A DNA stretch of 63,292 nt, counting the filler, from Octopus bimaculoides (taxonomy: Eukaryota), in NCBI RefSeq assembly GCF_001194135.2. It is 4 parts of 4 records of this genome, joined end to end, with 100 filler letters (N's around TTAATTAATTAA, not from the genome) between each part and the next. Parts side by side here need not be neighbours in the genome. Positions count along the whole stretch, not along the records: positions 25,111 to 47,053 come from NC_068982.1; positions 47,154 to 59,831 come from NC_068986.1; 2 more parts are not named here. One strand, 5' to 3'. Below the pieces are notes generated by a model that saw only the letters and a program-made list of their open reading frames with translations, was not told the origin of the DNA and searched no databases. The translations under genes and the position numbers were made by a program. Each line of letters opens with the position of its first letter. Position 1 is the first letter of the stretch. Positions 38,701 through 51,830 of the stretch are shown here, one piece after another.

Positions 38701-39614
38701 ATTTGGTGAGGGTGATGGCAGTGGTGGTAGTGGCATTGTTTTAGATTGTCCACTTTGATGGTAGCGGCTGTTGTGAGTAGGAATTGAGCGTCTAGTCCCT
38801 GGTAAATGAATGAACTTGCGATCAGTGTTAGTGCACAGCCTCTTGCGTAGTGAATAGCGGCATATTTTGGGGTTCCGTGTGTAGACTGTGAGAGGCATAG
38901 ATTTGTGTACATTTGTGTACATTTGTGTTTGGCAATTTCATTAAGGGGTCTTCAAGTAAGCATTTAGTTGGTTGATCACAAATTGGGATGGTAGCAGGTT
39001 GAAGCTGTGTCTGTTGCTGTATTTGAGGTGGTCGTTGTAGCCGTAGTTGTTGATGTTGTTGTGATTCTTGTTGCTGAAATTGTTGCTACTGTTGAAGATT
39101 TGATGGGTGGGTAACAAACTCTGGTTGAATGGGCTGTGAACAGCTGGAATCTGAGAAGTTAACCGTTTCATTAAGTAGGTCATCAATTGCGGTTGAATTA
39201 AGGGGTGTTAAAGGTTGAAGCTGCGTCAGTTGTTCTTGCTGTGGTTGTTGTTGTTGCTGTAGTGATTGCTGTTGTTTTTGCTGAGGTGGTCGTTGTTGTT
39301 GCTATGATGGTTGTTGTTGTTGCTGTGGTGGCTGTTGTTGCCGAGGTGTGTTGCCGAGGTGTGTTGCCGAGGTGTGTTGCCGAGGTGTTTGCCGTGGTTG
39401 CTGCTGTTGTTGTCGTTGCCGTGGCGGTGGTTGTTGCTGTGAGTGTTGACCAGTATTTGAAGAGAAAACGGCACTGTCATGGTATTAGCTGTCAGAATTG
39501 AAAATAGAACTGACAAGGAACGTTACTGCTGGTTTGAGTTGATTCTTTGGCTACTGACTAGCCGGAGCTATCTGTCTGTCTGTCTGTCTGTCTATCTCAC
39601 TATCTCTCTCTCTA

Positions 39615-39666
<52 letters not shown>

Positions 39667-39969
39667 ACTCGTTCACCTCTGTTTGTGTCCGTAGAATTTA
39701 TCAAATTAGAAAACGCAAATTTAATATAAAAATATATTTTCTGAAATTGCAAATTATTTAAAATATAAAAATATAATTTTCAACAGAGAGAATTTATCAA
39801 AATAGAAAACAAATGAAGTTTGAAGTTTAAAAATAATTGGATCGACCACTCACGACTAGCTAGCGCGGACGCGCGACCGGGACCACTCTGCTTTAGTAGT
39901 ACCCTTATACTCTGTGTGTTTTCAAACGCATGGATATAGGTGTCAAATTTGTTCCAATAACTTTCGAGT

Positions 39970-40015
<46 letters not shown>

Positions 40016-40410
40016 CAGACAGACAGGCAGACAGACAGATAGCTGGCTCCGGCCAGTTATGGTATTAGCTGTCAGTAGCCAAAGAATCAACTCAAACCAG
40101 CAGTAACGTTCCTTGTCAGATTTTTCTACTTTCACTTCTGACAGCTAATACCATGACAGTGCCGAGAAAACGCGTTGGAGTTTTACAAAATGTCTATTAA
40201 TTAATTTAAATGCCATTTCAATTTGTCTAAGTTTGTTTTGAATCTGCTTCTCGGAGCGATTTCTGAAAAGTTGAATTGTACGTCTGGCTGGTCGCGGCAT
40301 AATGTGTGTATGTTTTCCGTTTGGGCAAGACAATACCATAAATTTATCAAAAGGTCTATTTCATTCTCAGACCAATTTTGTTTAGATGTTTGTTGTTGAG
40401 TAGTCATCTT
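35790..40410 (-). mobile_element. Near-full-length CR1-type LINE (ORF1 + APE + RT) in intron 1 of the FABP-like gene, same strand
   Basis: APE: LTQLVQEPTRCHKNILDLVFSN..SDHNMV; RT: YRPVSVTS, QHGFR, YLDFSKAFDRV, GVPQGTVLGPLFF, IFADD; C-terminal ARPHLEYCCQLW; ORF1 remnants at 38650-40407. Confidence 0.92.
39470..40163. mobile_element. 694-bp MITE with about 200-bp TIRs starting GGCACTG and an 8-bp TSD GAGAAAAC (Merlin-type)
   Basis: gagaaaac at 39462-39469 and 40164-40171; arms (about 39470-39672 and 39965-40163) are reverse complements, including the (TCTA)n/(TCTG)n tracts. Confidence 0.85.
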
Positions 40411-42371
40411 AGAGTCCTTTTAAAAAATAAAAAAATATATATTTGTTTGTTCATTATTGATTTACTCCTTGCGTTAGTGTTTAGTCGCGAAGAATCGTAT
40501 GTTACAGTATTGAAGAATTAGTGTAGATTGTATTTGTATCTGAGATAAATATTTACAGATGCTTGAAGATAAAATATGTATATGATATGTGTATGATAGT
40601 GCAGAACTTTTTGCTTTGATGAGGAAATTTGTAGTTCGAAAGTGAAGTGTGTTTGAGTTTTGCGAAATTCTGTAATAGTTTGATACGTTATAGTCTTGTA
40701 TATGTGGCCGATAGTTTTAAAGCGAGAGTTTCCAACAGAGATATATGAGTATGAAGTAAAAAAATCTGTGCGTAAATTCTGAGTGCTCTACGAATTTAAT
40801 AGAATCGCAGGAGAAATTTATACTGTACACAGGTTATTGCAGGAAGTATGGGGTCAAAATTAATCTTCTGTTGATTTCTTATCGCAGCTTTCGCAAGAAT
40901 TAGGAATTAAAATCTAGAAATGTTTGAGTTGATATGGTTTCTGTTTCTTCAACTACTTACTAAACAGAGCAAAAAAAAAAAAAAAAAANNNNNNNNNNNN
41001 NNNNNNNNNNNNNNNNNNNNNNNNNNNNNNNNNNNNNNNNNNNNNNNNNNNNNNNNNNNNNNNNNNNNNNNNNNNNNNNNNNNNNNNNNNNNNNNNNNNN
41101 NNNNNNNNNNNNNNNNNNNNNNNNNNNNNNNNNNNNNNNNNNNNNNNNNNNNNNNNNNNNNNNNNNNNNNNNNNNNNNNNNNNNNNNNNNNNNNNNNNNN
41201 NNNNNNNNNNNNNNNNNNNNNNNNNNNNNNNNNNNNNNNNNNNNNNNNNNNNNNNNNNNNNNNNNNNNNNNNNNNNNNNNNNNNNNNNNNNNNNNNNNNN
41301 NNNNNNNNNNNNNNNNNNNNNNNNNATATAGAACATCGATACACACACACACACACACACATGCACGCGCGCGCGTATTTATTTTGCAAGATCTTTGACA
41401 GGAAAACTCGTGTTGAAACTGATATTCTATATTTTGTGGGGGCGGAAGCATTTTTCCAATAAGTAACACATGCGCTGATTCTATTTCACTGTTTCCTTTT
41501 AGTCAACTACATAACTAATGAGCCAAGCAACTAATTGATTGCTTAATAATCGTTTGTTCAATCAATCGATCAATCAATCAACAACTAGTTGGACTATCAG
41601 TCCTTCCATCGCCATCCTAACCTCCCAGTGATAAGGTATATCTTATTGTGTTCTGATGGGTTTGCCTTGTTTCTCAACTACTTTAATCCCGAGATTTGCA
41701 TCATTAAGTACTTTCTTAAATTCATGGCCTAATACACTTTAAAATTCATTATGATCTACTCAACGAAAGGGCTCAAAGAATATGCAAGTGGGTTGAAGAA
41801 AACAGTACGGAAAATTACAAAAAATGTCACTATCAGCCCTCCAACGCATTGCTACTAATATTCGCAGTCAGGAGAGACTGCAGTCCTTGAATCACGTGGG
41901 GAGTAATGATGTATAGTTTCATGTGAGAATTTTCCAGATGGTAACAACGTGCAGACGACTGGTGGGTGGAACTGTAGTAACAGCATTATCCCCCCACCCC
42001 GAGCAAAGTAATAGAATGGTACCTATTCTATTTATTTATTAACAGCAAGCTATAGACCCACGTGGTCGCCAGGCAATTATCCTACCCTTGCTTGAAAATG
42101 GCGCAGATGGCGGAATGGTTTCTAGGATGATTTAAAACGTAGAACAAGAAACCATATTAGTCGTGTGGTGGATGTTCTAAGTGGTCTAGATTATTGTTTT
42201 CAATTATGGTCGCCGTGTTCACTCAAACTGACAACAGAGTTCGAAGCAGTTCAACGCTACTAAACTGAGGAAATTGCCTCTATGCAAAAGGTAAGGGACA
42301 AGGCGTAGTTCAAAATACTAGGATTTTACTCCTGGTAATAAAGACGGGAAAGATATGAAGTTATACATAAC

Positions 42372-42437
<66 letters not shown>

Positions 42438-42901
42438 ATGTCTGTCTGTCTGTCTGTGTTTATTTTAAAGTCACGTTATATATAAAAACAATTTAACTTT
42501 AAACTGAAGAGTTACTCAATTGTTTTTAGTAGATTACTCAATTGTTTTTAATAGAGTACTCAATAGTTTTATCAATTATCATACTTTGATGATGGTGACC
42601 AAGCCAAAACTTCGAAGTCATAGTCAACGTTTTCTTGTAAAAGTATACACATACACAATATATATATATATATATATATATANNNNNNNNNNNNNNNNNN
42701 NNNNNNNNNNNNNNNNNNNNNNNNNNNNNNNNNNNNNNNNNNNNNNNNNNNNNNNNNNNNNNNNNNNNNNNNNNNNNNNNNNNNNNNNNNNNNNNNNNNN
42801 NNNNNNNNNNNNNNNNNNNNNNNNNNNNNNNNNNNNNNNNNNNNNNNNNNNNNNNNNNNNNNNNNNNNNNNNNNNNNNNNNNNNNNNNNNNNNNNNNNNN
42901 N

Positions 42902-43075
42902 GAAAGACAAAAGACGAAGGCAGGTGTATAAACAACACGCAAGTGTATTAGTTTGACGCTCGGGAAGGTGAGAAAGTCTTTTACGTTTCGAGCCTACGCT
43001 CTTTAATAGAAAGGAACACGAGGAAATAAACAGAGAGAGAATAAAAAAAAAACCTTTGAAGTTAGCGGTCACTAT
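42902..43075 (-). mobile_element. Second copy of putative PLE terminal repeat family 2
   Basis: Reverse strand gtgttcctttctattaaagagcgtaggctcgaaacgtaaaagact. Confidence 0.5.
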
Positions 43076-43098
43076 ATCAGTTTAAGTATATATTCATA

Positions 43099-43572
43099 AA
43101 ATTTGGCTGAAATTGATGGGTGCGCGTTTGGCCTAATCGATGTGCAAGGAGCCGCGTAAGCGTTGATTTGTGGGTTTGATTATGGCTTGGGTTAGCTCAT
43201 CATTTTTCGGTCATTTGTTTGTATTTAAAAATTGTCGCTTCAAATTGGAGAATATATATTATTATGATATATTATTATATTGTTATTATTATATTATGAC
43301 CCTACCATAGTTGCTTTCGATCCGTAACTTCCTGGTTTGTTTATAAATATTGTATGTAGTATTAGACAGATTAAGTATATATCCATTAATTTTGGCTGAA
43401 ACTGATGGTCGAGCGTTTGGCCAAATCGGATGCACAAAGGGCCGTGTAAGCGTTGATTTGTGAGTTCGATTCTGGCTGGGCTCAGCTCATCAGTTTTTGC
43501 TCATTTGTTTGTATTTAAAAATTATCGCTTAAAATCGGAGAATATATGCTATCATGAAATATTATTATACAG
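43099..43572 (+). repeat. Direct repeat of an about 185-bp unit (period about 288 bp) containing a decayed tRNA-like sequence
   Basis: Units start near 43099 and 43388; A-box tggccaaatcgg (43418) and B-box gagttcgattct (43462) in copy 2. Confidence 0.6.
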
Positions 43573-43574
43573 TT

Positions 43575-43790
43575 ATGTCCTGTTATTCTGTTGTTTGTTT
43601 CAATCATTAGACTGTGGCCATGCCGGAGCACCGCCTTAAAAGGTTTTAGTCGAAGAAATCGACTCCAGGACTTATTCTCTATAAGTCTAGTACTTATTCC
43701 ATCGGTCTCATTTTGCTGCACCACTAGTTTCGGGGACGTAAACACACTAACATCAGTTGTTAAGCGATGGTGGGGGATAAAGACAAACAC
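43575..43790 (-). mobile_element. SINE 3' half (family of 4990-5365)
   Basis: gactgtggccatgccggagcaccgcc..gtcgaagaaatcgac..gtacttatt..; further copies at 44760-44930 (+) and 58585-58790 (-). Confidence 0.65.
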
Positions 43791-43939
43791 TAACACACAA
43801 ATAGATACACGCACATATATCTATACGACGGTATTCTTTCAGTTTCCATCTACCAAATCCACTCACAAAGATGATAGAAGTGCCGCGGTATAACCAGAGC
43901 CCACATGCTGAAACTAGCAAAAAACTAAAAGTGTGTGTA

Positions 43940-43974
<35 letters not shown>

Positions 43975-44100
43975 ACGTGTGCGGGCGCGTGGCATGTATG
44001 CGTGTGTGTGTATGTGCATGTGCATGTGTGTATATGTACGTATATATGGCCGCAGTCCAGCGATTAAAACAAGTATAAAAATAAAGCGTATACACACACA

Positions 44101-44145
<45 letters not shown>

Positions 44146-44305
44146 ACACAAACACACACACATTTTACAGAAAATAAAAAAAGTAAATTTCGAGTGCAGT
44201 AAAGCTGTAAGAACAGCAGAGAAAGATTGAGTATTTACCATTATGAGACGGGAAAAGGTTGCTAGGAGGCGGTTACGGGAACCGAACCTGTGCCCATCAG
44301 ATAGT

Positions 44306-44344
<39 letters not shown>

Positions 44345-44927
44345 ATAGACAGATAGATAGATTGATATATCCTTTGTAGCAATAATTCGTGTCAGAACCC
44401 CTGCCATCCCCTTTTCCTCATTTCTTTTGCAAACACTGTCCGGCTGCAGTTCTTGTTATGCATCAACCACAGTAACCTCACCAAACTGAAAAGAACATGC
44501 AAATTGTCTTGGGTACTGTACCATCTGCACACTGACCAATATAAGACTGGTTTACTTTAAGCTGCAAAACACTTGTTCTGAGCATTTTAGGAAAAAACGT
44601 TAATAAAATAAAATACTTAAAAAATCTTTACAAATATAAAGTATCATAATATTGCCCTTACACGTAGCATCCATAACAGTTTGCAAGTGCCACAAAAGTT
44701 ATCCATTTCTATATATATATATCAATCAATCAATATTCATTATTCAAAATTCATGAGCACTGTACTCCCAGTTCAGCAAAAGTGACCAACAGAATAAGTA
44801 CCAGACCTAGCAAAAAATTTAAGTGCTGGGATCGATTCATTCAGCTAAAAATTTTTCAAGGCGGTGCCCTAGCATGGCTGCAATATAATGACTGAAACAA
44901 GTGAAAGATAAAAAAAAAGATAAAAGA

Positions 44928-44993
<66 letters not shown>

Positions 44994-45055
44994 ACACACA
45001 CACACACACATATGTAGATAGATAAATAGATAGAGAGATAGATAGACAGACAGAC

Positions 45056-45108
<53 letters not shown>

Positions 45109-45432
45109 TGTCTTCTGTTGAAAGCATCTGTGTTGCGACACTGATTGGCTTTGCAAGCACTGACCAGGTAAAATCATAATGTCAAACAGCTGCTGTAATG
45201 TCACCAAATTAGGAAGACATGCAAATGACATGAGCACTGTACCGTTTACACGGACTGATAAAAAATCTAGGATCTCTAATTAGATCACACCTAGGATCAA
45301 AACTTCAAATTGCATAGCATTCTAGAGCATTCTACCAAAAACAGAAATGTTTCAATAAAAAAAGAAACCCCCGACCAACCTCTACAAATATACAAATATA
45401 ATAAAAATATATTAATGTAATATTTTCCTTAC

Positions 45433-45505
45433 TGGTAGCATCCATGACAGCTTTCATATTTTCTGCTTTACCTTCTTGCTTCCATGTACCAAAAAAGTTG
45501 TCCAT
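45433..45505 (-). CDS. FABP/iLBP-like (calycin) gene, coding exon 1: MDNFFGTWKQEGKAENMKAVMDAT + phase-1 base
   Basis: FxGTWK...EN..M motif of the FABP N-terminus; tcaaaATG start context; 73 nt coding length, the same as vertebrate FABP3/4/7 exon 1; donor A|GTAAGG; TATA box about 70 nt upstream. Confidence 0.85.
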
Positions 45506-45572
45506 TTTGAAATTTATTTATATTGAGATTGCTATGTATATTTTCTTGTTCAACTCTAGGTCTCAGTGTGGC

Positions 45573-45578
45573 TTTATA
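45573..45578 (-). promoter_or_regulatory. TATA box (TATAAA) of the FABP-like gene
   Basis: tttTATAAAgcc about 68 nt upstream of the ATG, consistent with a short 5' UTR. Confidence 0.6.
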
Positions 45579-46034
45579 AAAAAATCTTTCGTTTTATATA
45601 CTTAGAAAAAATGTCACCGGAAGTTCATTTTTGAAATGCCAACAACGTGACTATCAAAATTTCATTGGTTACCGACCAAATAAATTTGTCTTCAAATTCT
45701 GTTATTCAAATCAGTGGGAAGAGGAGAAAACAACTGGTTATTTTATGTTTGTTTTATTCTTTTAATATATTTATTTAATCTTTTTGCGTGGTTCTCTTTT
45801 AACCGTGAGAACGTTCGCCGTTTTGAAAGACACCAGTAAAAAGTAAACAATCTAACATTTTCCATTCGCTAAAAATTTATCAGGTTACCGATGGCAATTG
45901 TCATTATGGCGACCTACTCTTTGCCATTACCTTTTCCCTCTCCTCTTATCCTGTTTTTTCAGCCCTCCCATTTGTTCGGGTCGGTACTATATACACATAT
46001 ATACATACAAACACGCATACACATAGACACAAAT

Positions 46035-46074
<40 letters not shown>

Positions 46075-46440
46075 NNNNNNNNNNNNNNNNNNNNNNNNNN
46101 NNNNNNNNNNNNNNNNNNNNNNNNNNNNNNNNNNNNNNNNNNNNNNNNNNNNNNNNNNNNNNNNNNNNNNNNNNNNNNNNNNNNNNNNNNNNNNNNNNNN
46201 NNNNNNNNNNNNNNNNNNNNNNNNNNNNNNNNNNNNNNNNNNNNNNNNNNNNNNNNNNNNNNNNNNNNNNNNNNNNNNNNNNNNNNNNNNNNNNNNNNNN
46301 NNNNNNNNNNNNNNNNNNNNNNNNNNNNNNNNNNNNNNNNNNNNNNNNNNNNNNNNNNNNNNNNNNNNNNNNNNNNNNNNNNNNNNNNNNNNNNNNNNNN
46401 NNNNNNNNNNNNNNNNNNNNNNNNNNNNNNNNNNNNNNNN

Positions 46441-46487
<47 letters not shown>

Positions 46488-46522
46488 ATAAATATATATG
46501 TTGTATATATGTCTACTTATAA

Positions 46523-46554
<32 letters not shown>

Positions 46555-46556
<2 letters not shown>

Positions 46557-46935
46557 GTTGGCGTGGCTGTGTGGTAAGAAGTTTGCTTTTCAACCACACA
46601 GTTGCGGTTCAATCCCACTACGTGGCACCTTGGGAGAGTGTCTTCTACTATAGCCTTGTGAGTGGATTTGATAGACGGTAGGCCGTCGTATATTTATGTA
46701 TATATCTATGCATGTGTGTGTGCCTTTATGTCACTGTTTATGCCCTCATCACCGCATGACAACAGGTGTTGGTGTGTTTATGTCCCTGTAACGCAGCGGT
46801 TCAGCAAAAGAGGCTGATAAGATAAATACTACGTTAAAAAAGCAAGTCCTGCCGTCGACTTGTTCGACTAAAACCCCTCAAGGAGGTGCTCTAGCATGGC
46901 TGCAGTTAAATGACTTAAACAAGTAAAAGAATAGA
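46555..46935 (+). mobile_element. Full-length tRNA-derived SINE with a CORE-like domain
   Basis: ggcgtggctgtgtggtaagaag A-box-like, ggttcaatccc B-box, gtggcaccttggg.gagtgtctt, then the 3' half shared with 43575. Confidence 0.72.
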
Positions 46936-46959
46936 GGAATATACATATATATGTATATG

Positions 46960-46999
<40 letters not shown>

Positions 47000-47153
47000 A
47001 TATATATATATATGTGTATATATATATATATACACATATATATATATATACACNNNNNNNNNNNNNNNNNNNNNNNNNNNNNNNNNNNNNNNNNNNNTTA
47101 ATTAATTAANNNNNNNNNNNNNNNNNNNNNNNNNNNNNNNNNNNNNNNNNNNN

Positions 47154-47420
47154 ACAGAAACAATTCCTATCATAGTAGGTGCCTTAGGTATAATAAAAAA
47201 ATATTCAGACAAATACATAACAAAAACACCAGGACTTACAAATATATATAACATACAGAAAATTGCACTACTGGGTACTGCACACATTCTACGCAAAACA
47301 CTTTCAATACAGTAAACATAAGAGCACCACAGCAAACCACAGCACATACCCAAGGCGCACAGAGCTGCGCTCGGTAGTGAAGTGAAAGTACGTTATAAAA
47401 ATAAAACTACTGAATAATAA
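47154..47420 (+). mobile_element. Third R4/Dong-type 3' end followed by (TAA)n(GAA)n
   Basis: TETIPIIVGALGIIKKYSDKYITKTPGLTNIYNIQKIALLGTAHILRKTLSIQ*. Confidence 0.8.
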
Positions 47421-47435
47421 TAATAATAATAATAA

Positions 47436-47466
<31 letters not shown>

Positions 47467-47623
47467 AATTACGGACCAATATCCTGCCTCCCATTTATGT
47501 GGAAATTAGTGTCAGAAGGAATTCCAGAACTGCATAAATTTCTTGATGAGAACGATGAATTATTGACGGAACAAAAAGGCTGTAAAATGACATGCAGAGG
47601 TACCAACTATTGATAGACAAAAT

Positions 47624-47662
<39 letters not shown>

Positions 47663-47839
47663 GCGCAGGCTGTGATGGTTAGATTGTCCTCATATTACAT
47701 TTTTTATTTCACGCATGGGCAATGTTTGTTTAAGATTTTGTCGATTATACAGTATAGCAGAGTCAGTTGGGCACTGTGGGAAAAATTGATCCATGACACT
47801 ATTGTCTCTTCCAGAAATTTGGAAACAACATGCTGTAAT

Positions 47840-48230
47840 GCTTGCCATTCGCGCCGGAATCTCTAGTTCGAACAGATGGGGAACACACAGAGGAACCTAT
47901 TTGCTTGCCGCGCCCCCAAAACATGTACCGAAAGTAATAAAAATGAAGCATCCAGTCAACATCATGTTGTTTGGAGTGATCACTAGTGATGGTGACGTTA
48001 TGCCTCCATTCTTCTCACACTGTCTCAGACTCAACACGGAAGTCTAAATCAAGTGTGTGGAGGAGGTGGTGCTGCCCTGGTTCAAGAGGGTGGCTGCTGG
48101 CAGACCCTATCTCTGGCAACAGGAAATCCCAGTGATGTATGTCAGACAATGTCTGCAACGATATCACTCCTAAGATCTGGTCAACTAACTCCTCACACTG
48201 CAAACCCCTTGATTATTATGTGTGTGTGTG
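47840..48230 (+). mobile_element. IS630-Tc1-mariner transposase fragment (maT/DD37D-like)
   Basis: KHPVNIMLFGVITSDGDVMPPFF..RLNTEV.IKCVEEVVLPW..GRPYLWQQ..WSTNSSHCKPLDYYV. Confidence 0.7.
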
Positions 48231-48864
48231 TGGGGGGGGGNNNNNNNNNNNNNNNNNNNNNNNNNNNNNNNNNNNNNNNNNNNNNNNNNNNNNNNNNNNN
48301 NNNNNNNNNNNNNNNNNNNNNNNNNNNNNNNNNNNNNNNNNNNNNNNNNNNNNNNNNNNNNNNNNNNNNNNNNNNNNNNNNNNNNNNNNNNNNNNNNNNN
48401 NNNNNNNNNNNNNNNNNNNNNNNNNNNNNNNNNNNNNNNNNNNNNNNNNNNNNNNNNNNNNNNNNNNNNNNNNNNNNNNNNNNNNNNNNNNNNNNNNNNN
48501 NNNNNNNNNNNNNNNNNNNNNNNNNNNNNNNNNNNNNNNNNNNNNNNNNNNNNNNNNNNNNNNNNNNNNNNNNNNNNNNNNNNNNNNNNNNNNNNNNNNN
48601 NNNNNNNNNNNNNNNNNNNNNNNNNNNNNNNNNNNNNNNNNNNNNNNNNNNNNNNNNNNNNNNNNNNNNNNNNNNNNNNNNNNNNNNNNNNNNNNNNNNN
48701 NNNNNNNNNNNNNNNNNNNNNNNNNNNNNNNNNNNNNNNNNNNNNNNNNNNNNNNNNNNNNNNNNNNNNNNNNNNNNNNNNNNNNNNNNNNNNNNNNNNN
48801 NNNNNNNNNNNNNNNNNNNNNNNNNNNNNNNNNNNNNNNNNNNNNNNNNNNNNNNNNNNNNNNN

Positions 48865-48958
<94 letters not shown>

Positions 48959-48965
48959 ATATATG

Positions 48966-49000
<35 letters not shown>

Positions 49001-49748
49001 ATAGATACATGTCTGCGGGCACGCCTATGTATATATATATGGACTGACTCCACTATTTTTGTATGATTTAGTGTGTGTGCATGTGTGTGTATAAGTATTT
49101 ATAAACATTCACACACAATTACATACATACTTCTATACATTCATACACCTATATTCGTACAAGCATATATATTCTTATTTAAAAAAAAAAAGAAACACAA
49201 CCGCTATGCATTGTAGCGTAATGTATCTTTGAATTAGTCAAGGTAATAATGATGGCTCCCAAAATACTTCGCTTTACCTACGTTTAATGAGCAATATTGC
49301 TTTTGTACATCCGGTTCACACGAGTATCATCCTACACTACACCAACATCACCGCTAACAGATGCTGAATCAGACAGAAACGCATCGTCACCAAAAGCAGC
49401 AGCTGAAGATGAAGCTTAACTAGGTCAAAATTGATAGTTACATCTATAATTAACTCTTTGTTAAGCGTCATGGAATTTAGCGCCTGTGGGGGGCACATAG
49501 CGACGTTCCAGACGTATTTATTGCTTGTTTAGTTCTTTTCATTTTTTTTTCTGCTTTCTGGGAATAATTTTTCTTCTTAGATTTACTTTGCCCGTATCCC
49601 TATTTTTTTATCTTTTCCACTTTTTAACCTTTCACTCTATAACATCATTATCATCATTATCCTCCCCCTCCTCCTCATCATCATCATCACAATCAGTTCT
49701 CTCATCTTCGTTATTTATTATAGCATAAATGCTGTCTGCAGTAGTTAA

Positions 49749-49824
<76 letters not shown>

Positions 49825-49877
49825 TATGTGTTTGTGTGTGTGTATGTGTTTGTGTGTGTGCATCTCTCTATCTATCT

Positions 49878-49912
<35 letters not shown>

Positions 49913-50662
49913 TTTGTGTGTGCGTGTGTGAGTGTGAATACGTACAAAGAAATATATACGCACATATACATATATATATAGATCAACGTATGCATGCATG
50001 GATATAATATACACATACATTCAACCACGCATATTATAATTATAAAGAAGTAGACATACATTTATATCTACCGTGCGGCTATCTCTGTCTCCACCTCTCT
50101 CTCCGTATCTGTCTATCTACTTATCTATCCATCTATGTTTATATATGTAAATTTGAGTGAGTTCGTGTGTGTGAGTGTGAGGGTGAGCGTGTTAATATAT
50201 GTGTATACATAGACAACAAGTAGGACGTATGTGAGAAATATTGGGCATGTGTAAATGTAAACGCTGGCTTATATATGTTGAACTACGTCTGCGTTTGTGC
50301 GTGAGGTGGAAAGAGGAAGACATATATACGCATAGAGAGAAACGTGCAGAAAATAGAAAAAAAACTTGGTGAAATTCGAGGAGAAAAGATAGACGAGATA
50401 TGTTATAGAGTAAAGATCATGATAAAATAGGTATGTGTGTATATGAAAATAGCAGAGAAACTGCCAGGTAGATGATGTGAATCAGTGTAGTGTAAAGGGG
50501 AAGAAGAATTATGCAGACTTACATAAATACAAATTGTAAAATTACATTCGCTTTCATATATACATGTAAAATACACTCAAACGTGTATATCCGCGCGCGC
50601 GCGCGCGCACACACACACACACACACAATCACACATATATATATTTATATAGATGTATATAT

Positions 50663-50696
<34 letters not shown>

Positions 50697-50744
50697 GTAT
50701 ATATGTATATATACTCACATTATATATATATATACTGCTGTATG

Positions 50745-50808
<64 letters not shown>

Positions 50809-50944
50809 AATAGATAAATAGATAGATAGGTTGATAGAGAGATATGCATATATACACTATATACATACATACACTATATACATACATACACACACCTATA
50901 TACATACATATATGGATATACATATATATACACACATATATACG

Positions 50945-51105
50945 ACAGGCTTCTTTCAGTTTCCGTCGACCAAATCCATTCACAAGGCTTTGGTCAGCCC
51001 GAGGCTATAGTAGAAGACACTTGCCCAAGATGCCACGCAGTGGGAATGAACTCGGAACCATGAGGTTGGTAAGCAAGCTACTTACCACATAGCCACTCCT
51101 GCGCC
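50945..51105 (-). mobile_element. SINE 5' part (tRNA head + CORE-like ccttgggcaagt-type motif)
   Basis: Reverse strand gcgcaggagtggctatgtggtaagtagc..ggttccgagttcattcccactgcgtggcatcttgggcaagtgtc. Confidence 0.75.
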
Positions 51106-51639
51106 TATATATATATATATATATATATNNNNNNNNNNNNNNNNNNNNNNNNNNNNNNNNNNNNNNNNNNNNNNNNNNNNNNNNNNNNNNNNNNNNNNNN
51201 NNNNNNNNNNNNNNNNNNNNNNNNNNNNNNNNNNNNNNNNNNNNNNNNNNNNNNNNNNNNNNNNNNNNNNNNNNNNNNNNNNNNNNNNNNNNNNNNNNNN
51301 NNNNNNNNNNNNNNNNNNNNNNNNNNNNNNNNNNNNNNNNNNNNNNNNNNNNNNNNNNNNNNNNNNNNNNNNNNNNNNNNNNNNNNNNNNNNNNNNNNNN
51401 NNNNNNNNNNNNNNNNNNNNNNNNNNNNNNNNNNNNNNNNNNNNNNNNNNNNNNNNNNNNNNNNNNNNNNNNNNNNNNNNNNNNNNNNNNNNNNNNNNNN
51501 NNNNNNNNNNNNNNNNNNNNNNNNNNNNNNNNNNNNNNNNNNNNNNNNNNNNNNNNNNNNNNNNNNNNNNNNNNNNNNNNNNNNNNNNNNNNNNNNNNNN
51601 NNNNNNNNNNNNNNNNNNNNNNNNNNNNNNNNNNNNNNN

Positions 51640-51686
<47 letters not shown>

Positions 51687-51745
51687 GTAATAATATTAAT
51701 AATAATAATAATAATAATAATAGTAATAATAATAATAATAATATA

Positions 51746-51830
<85 letters not shown>

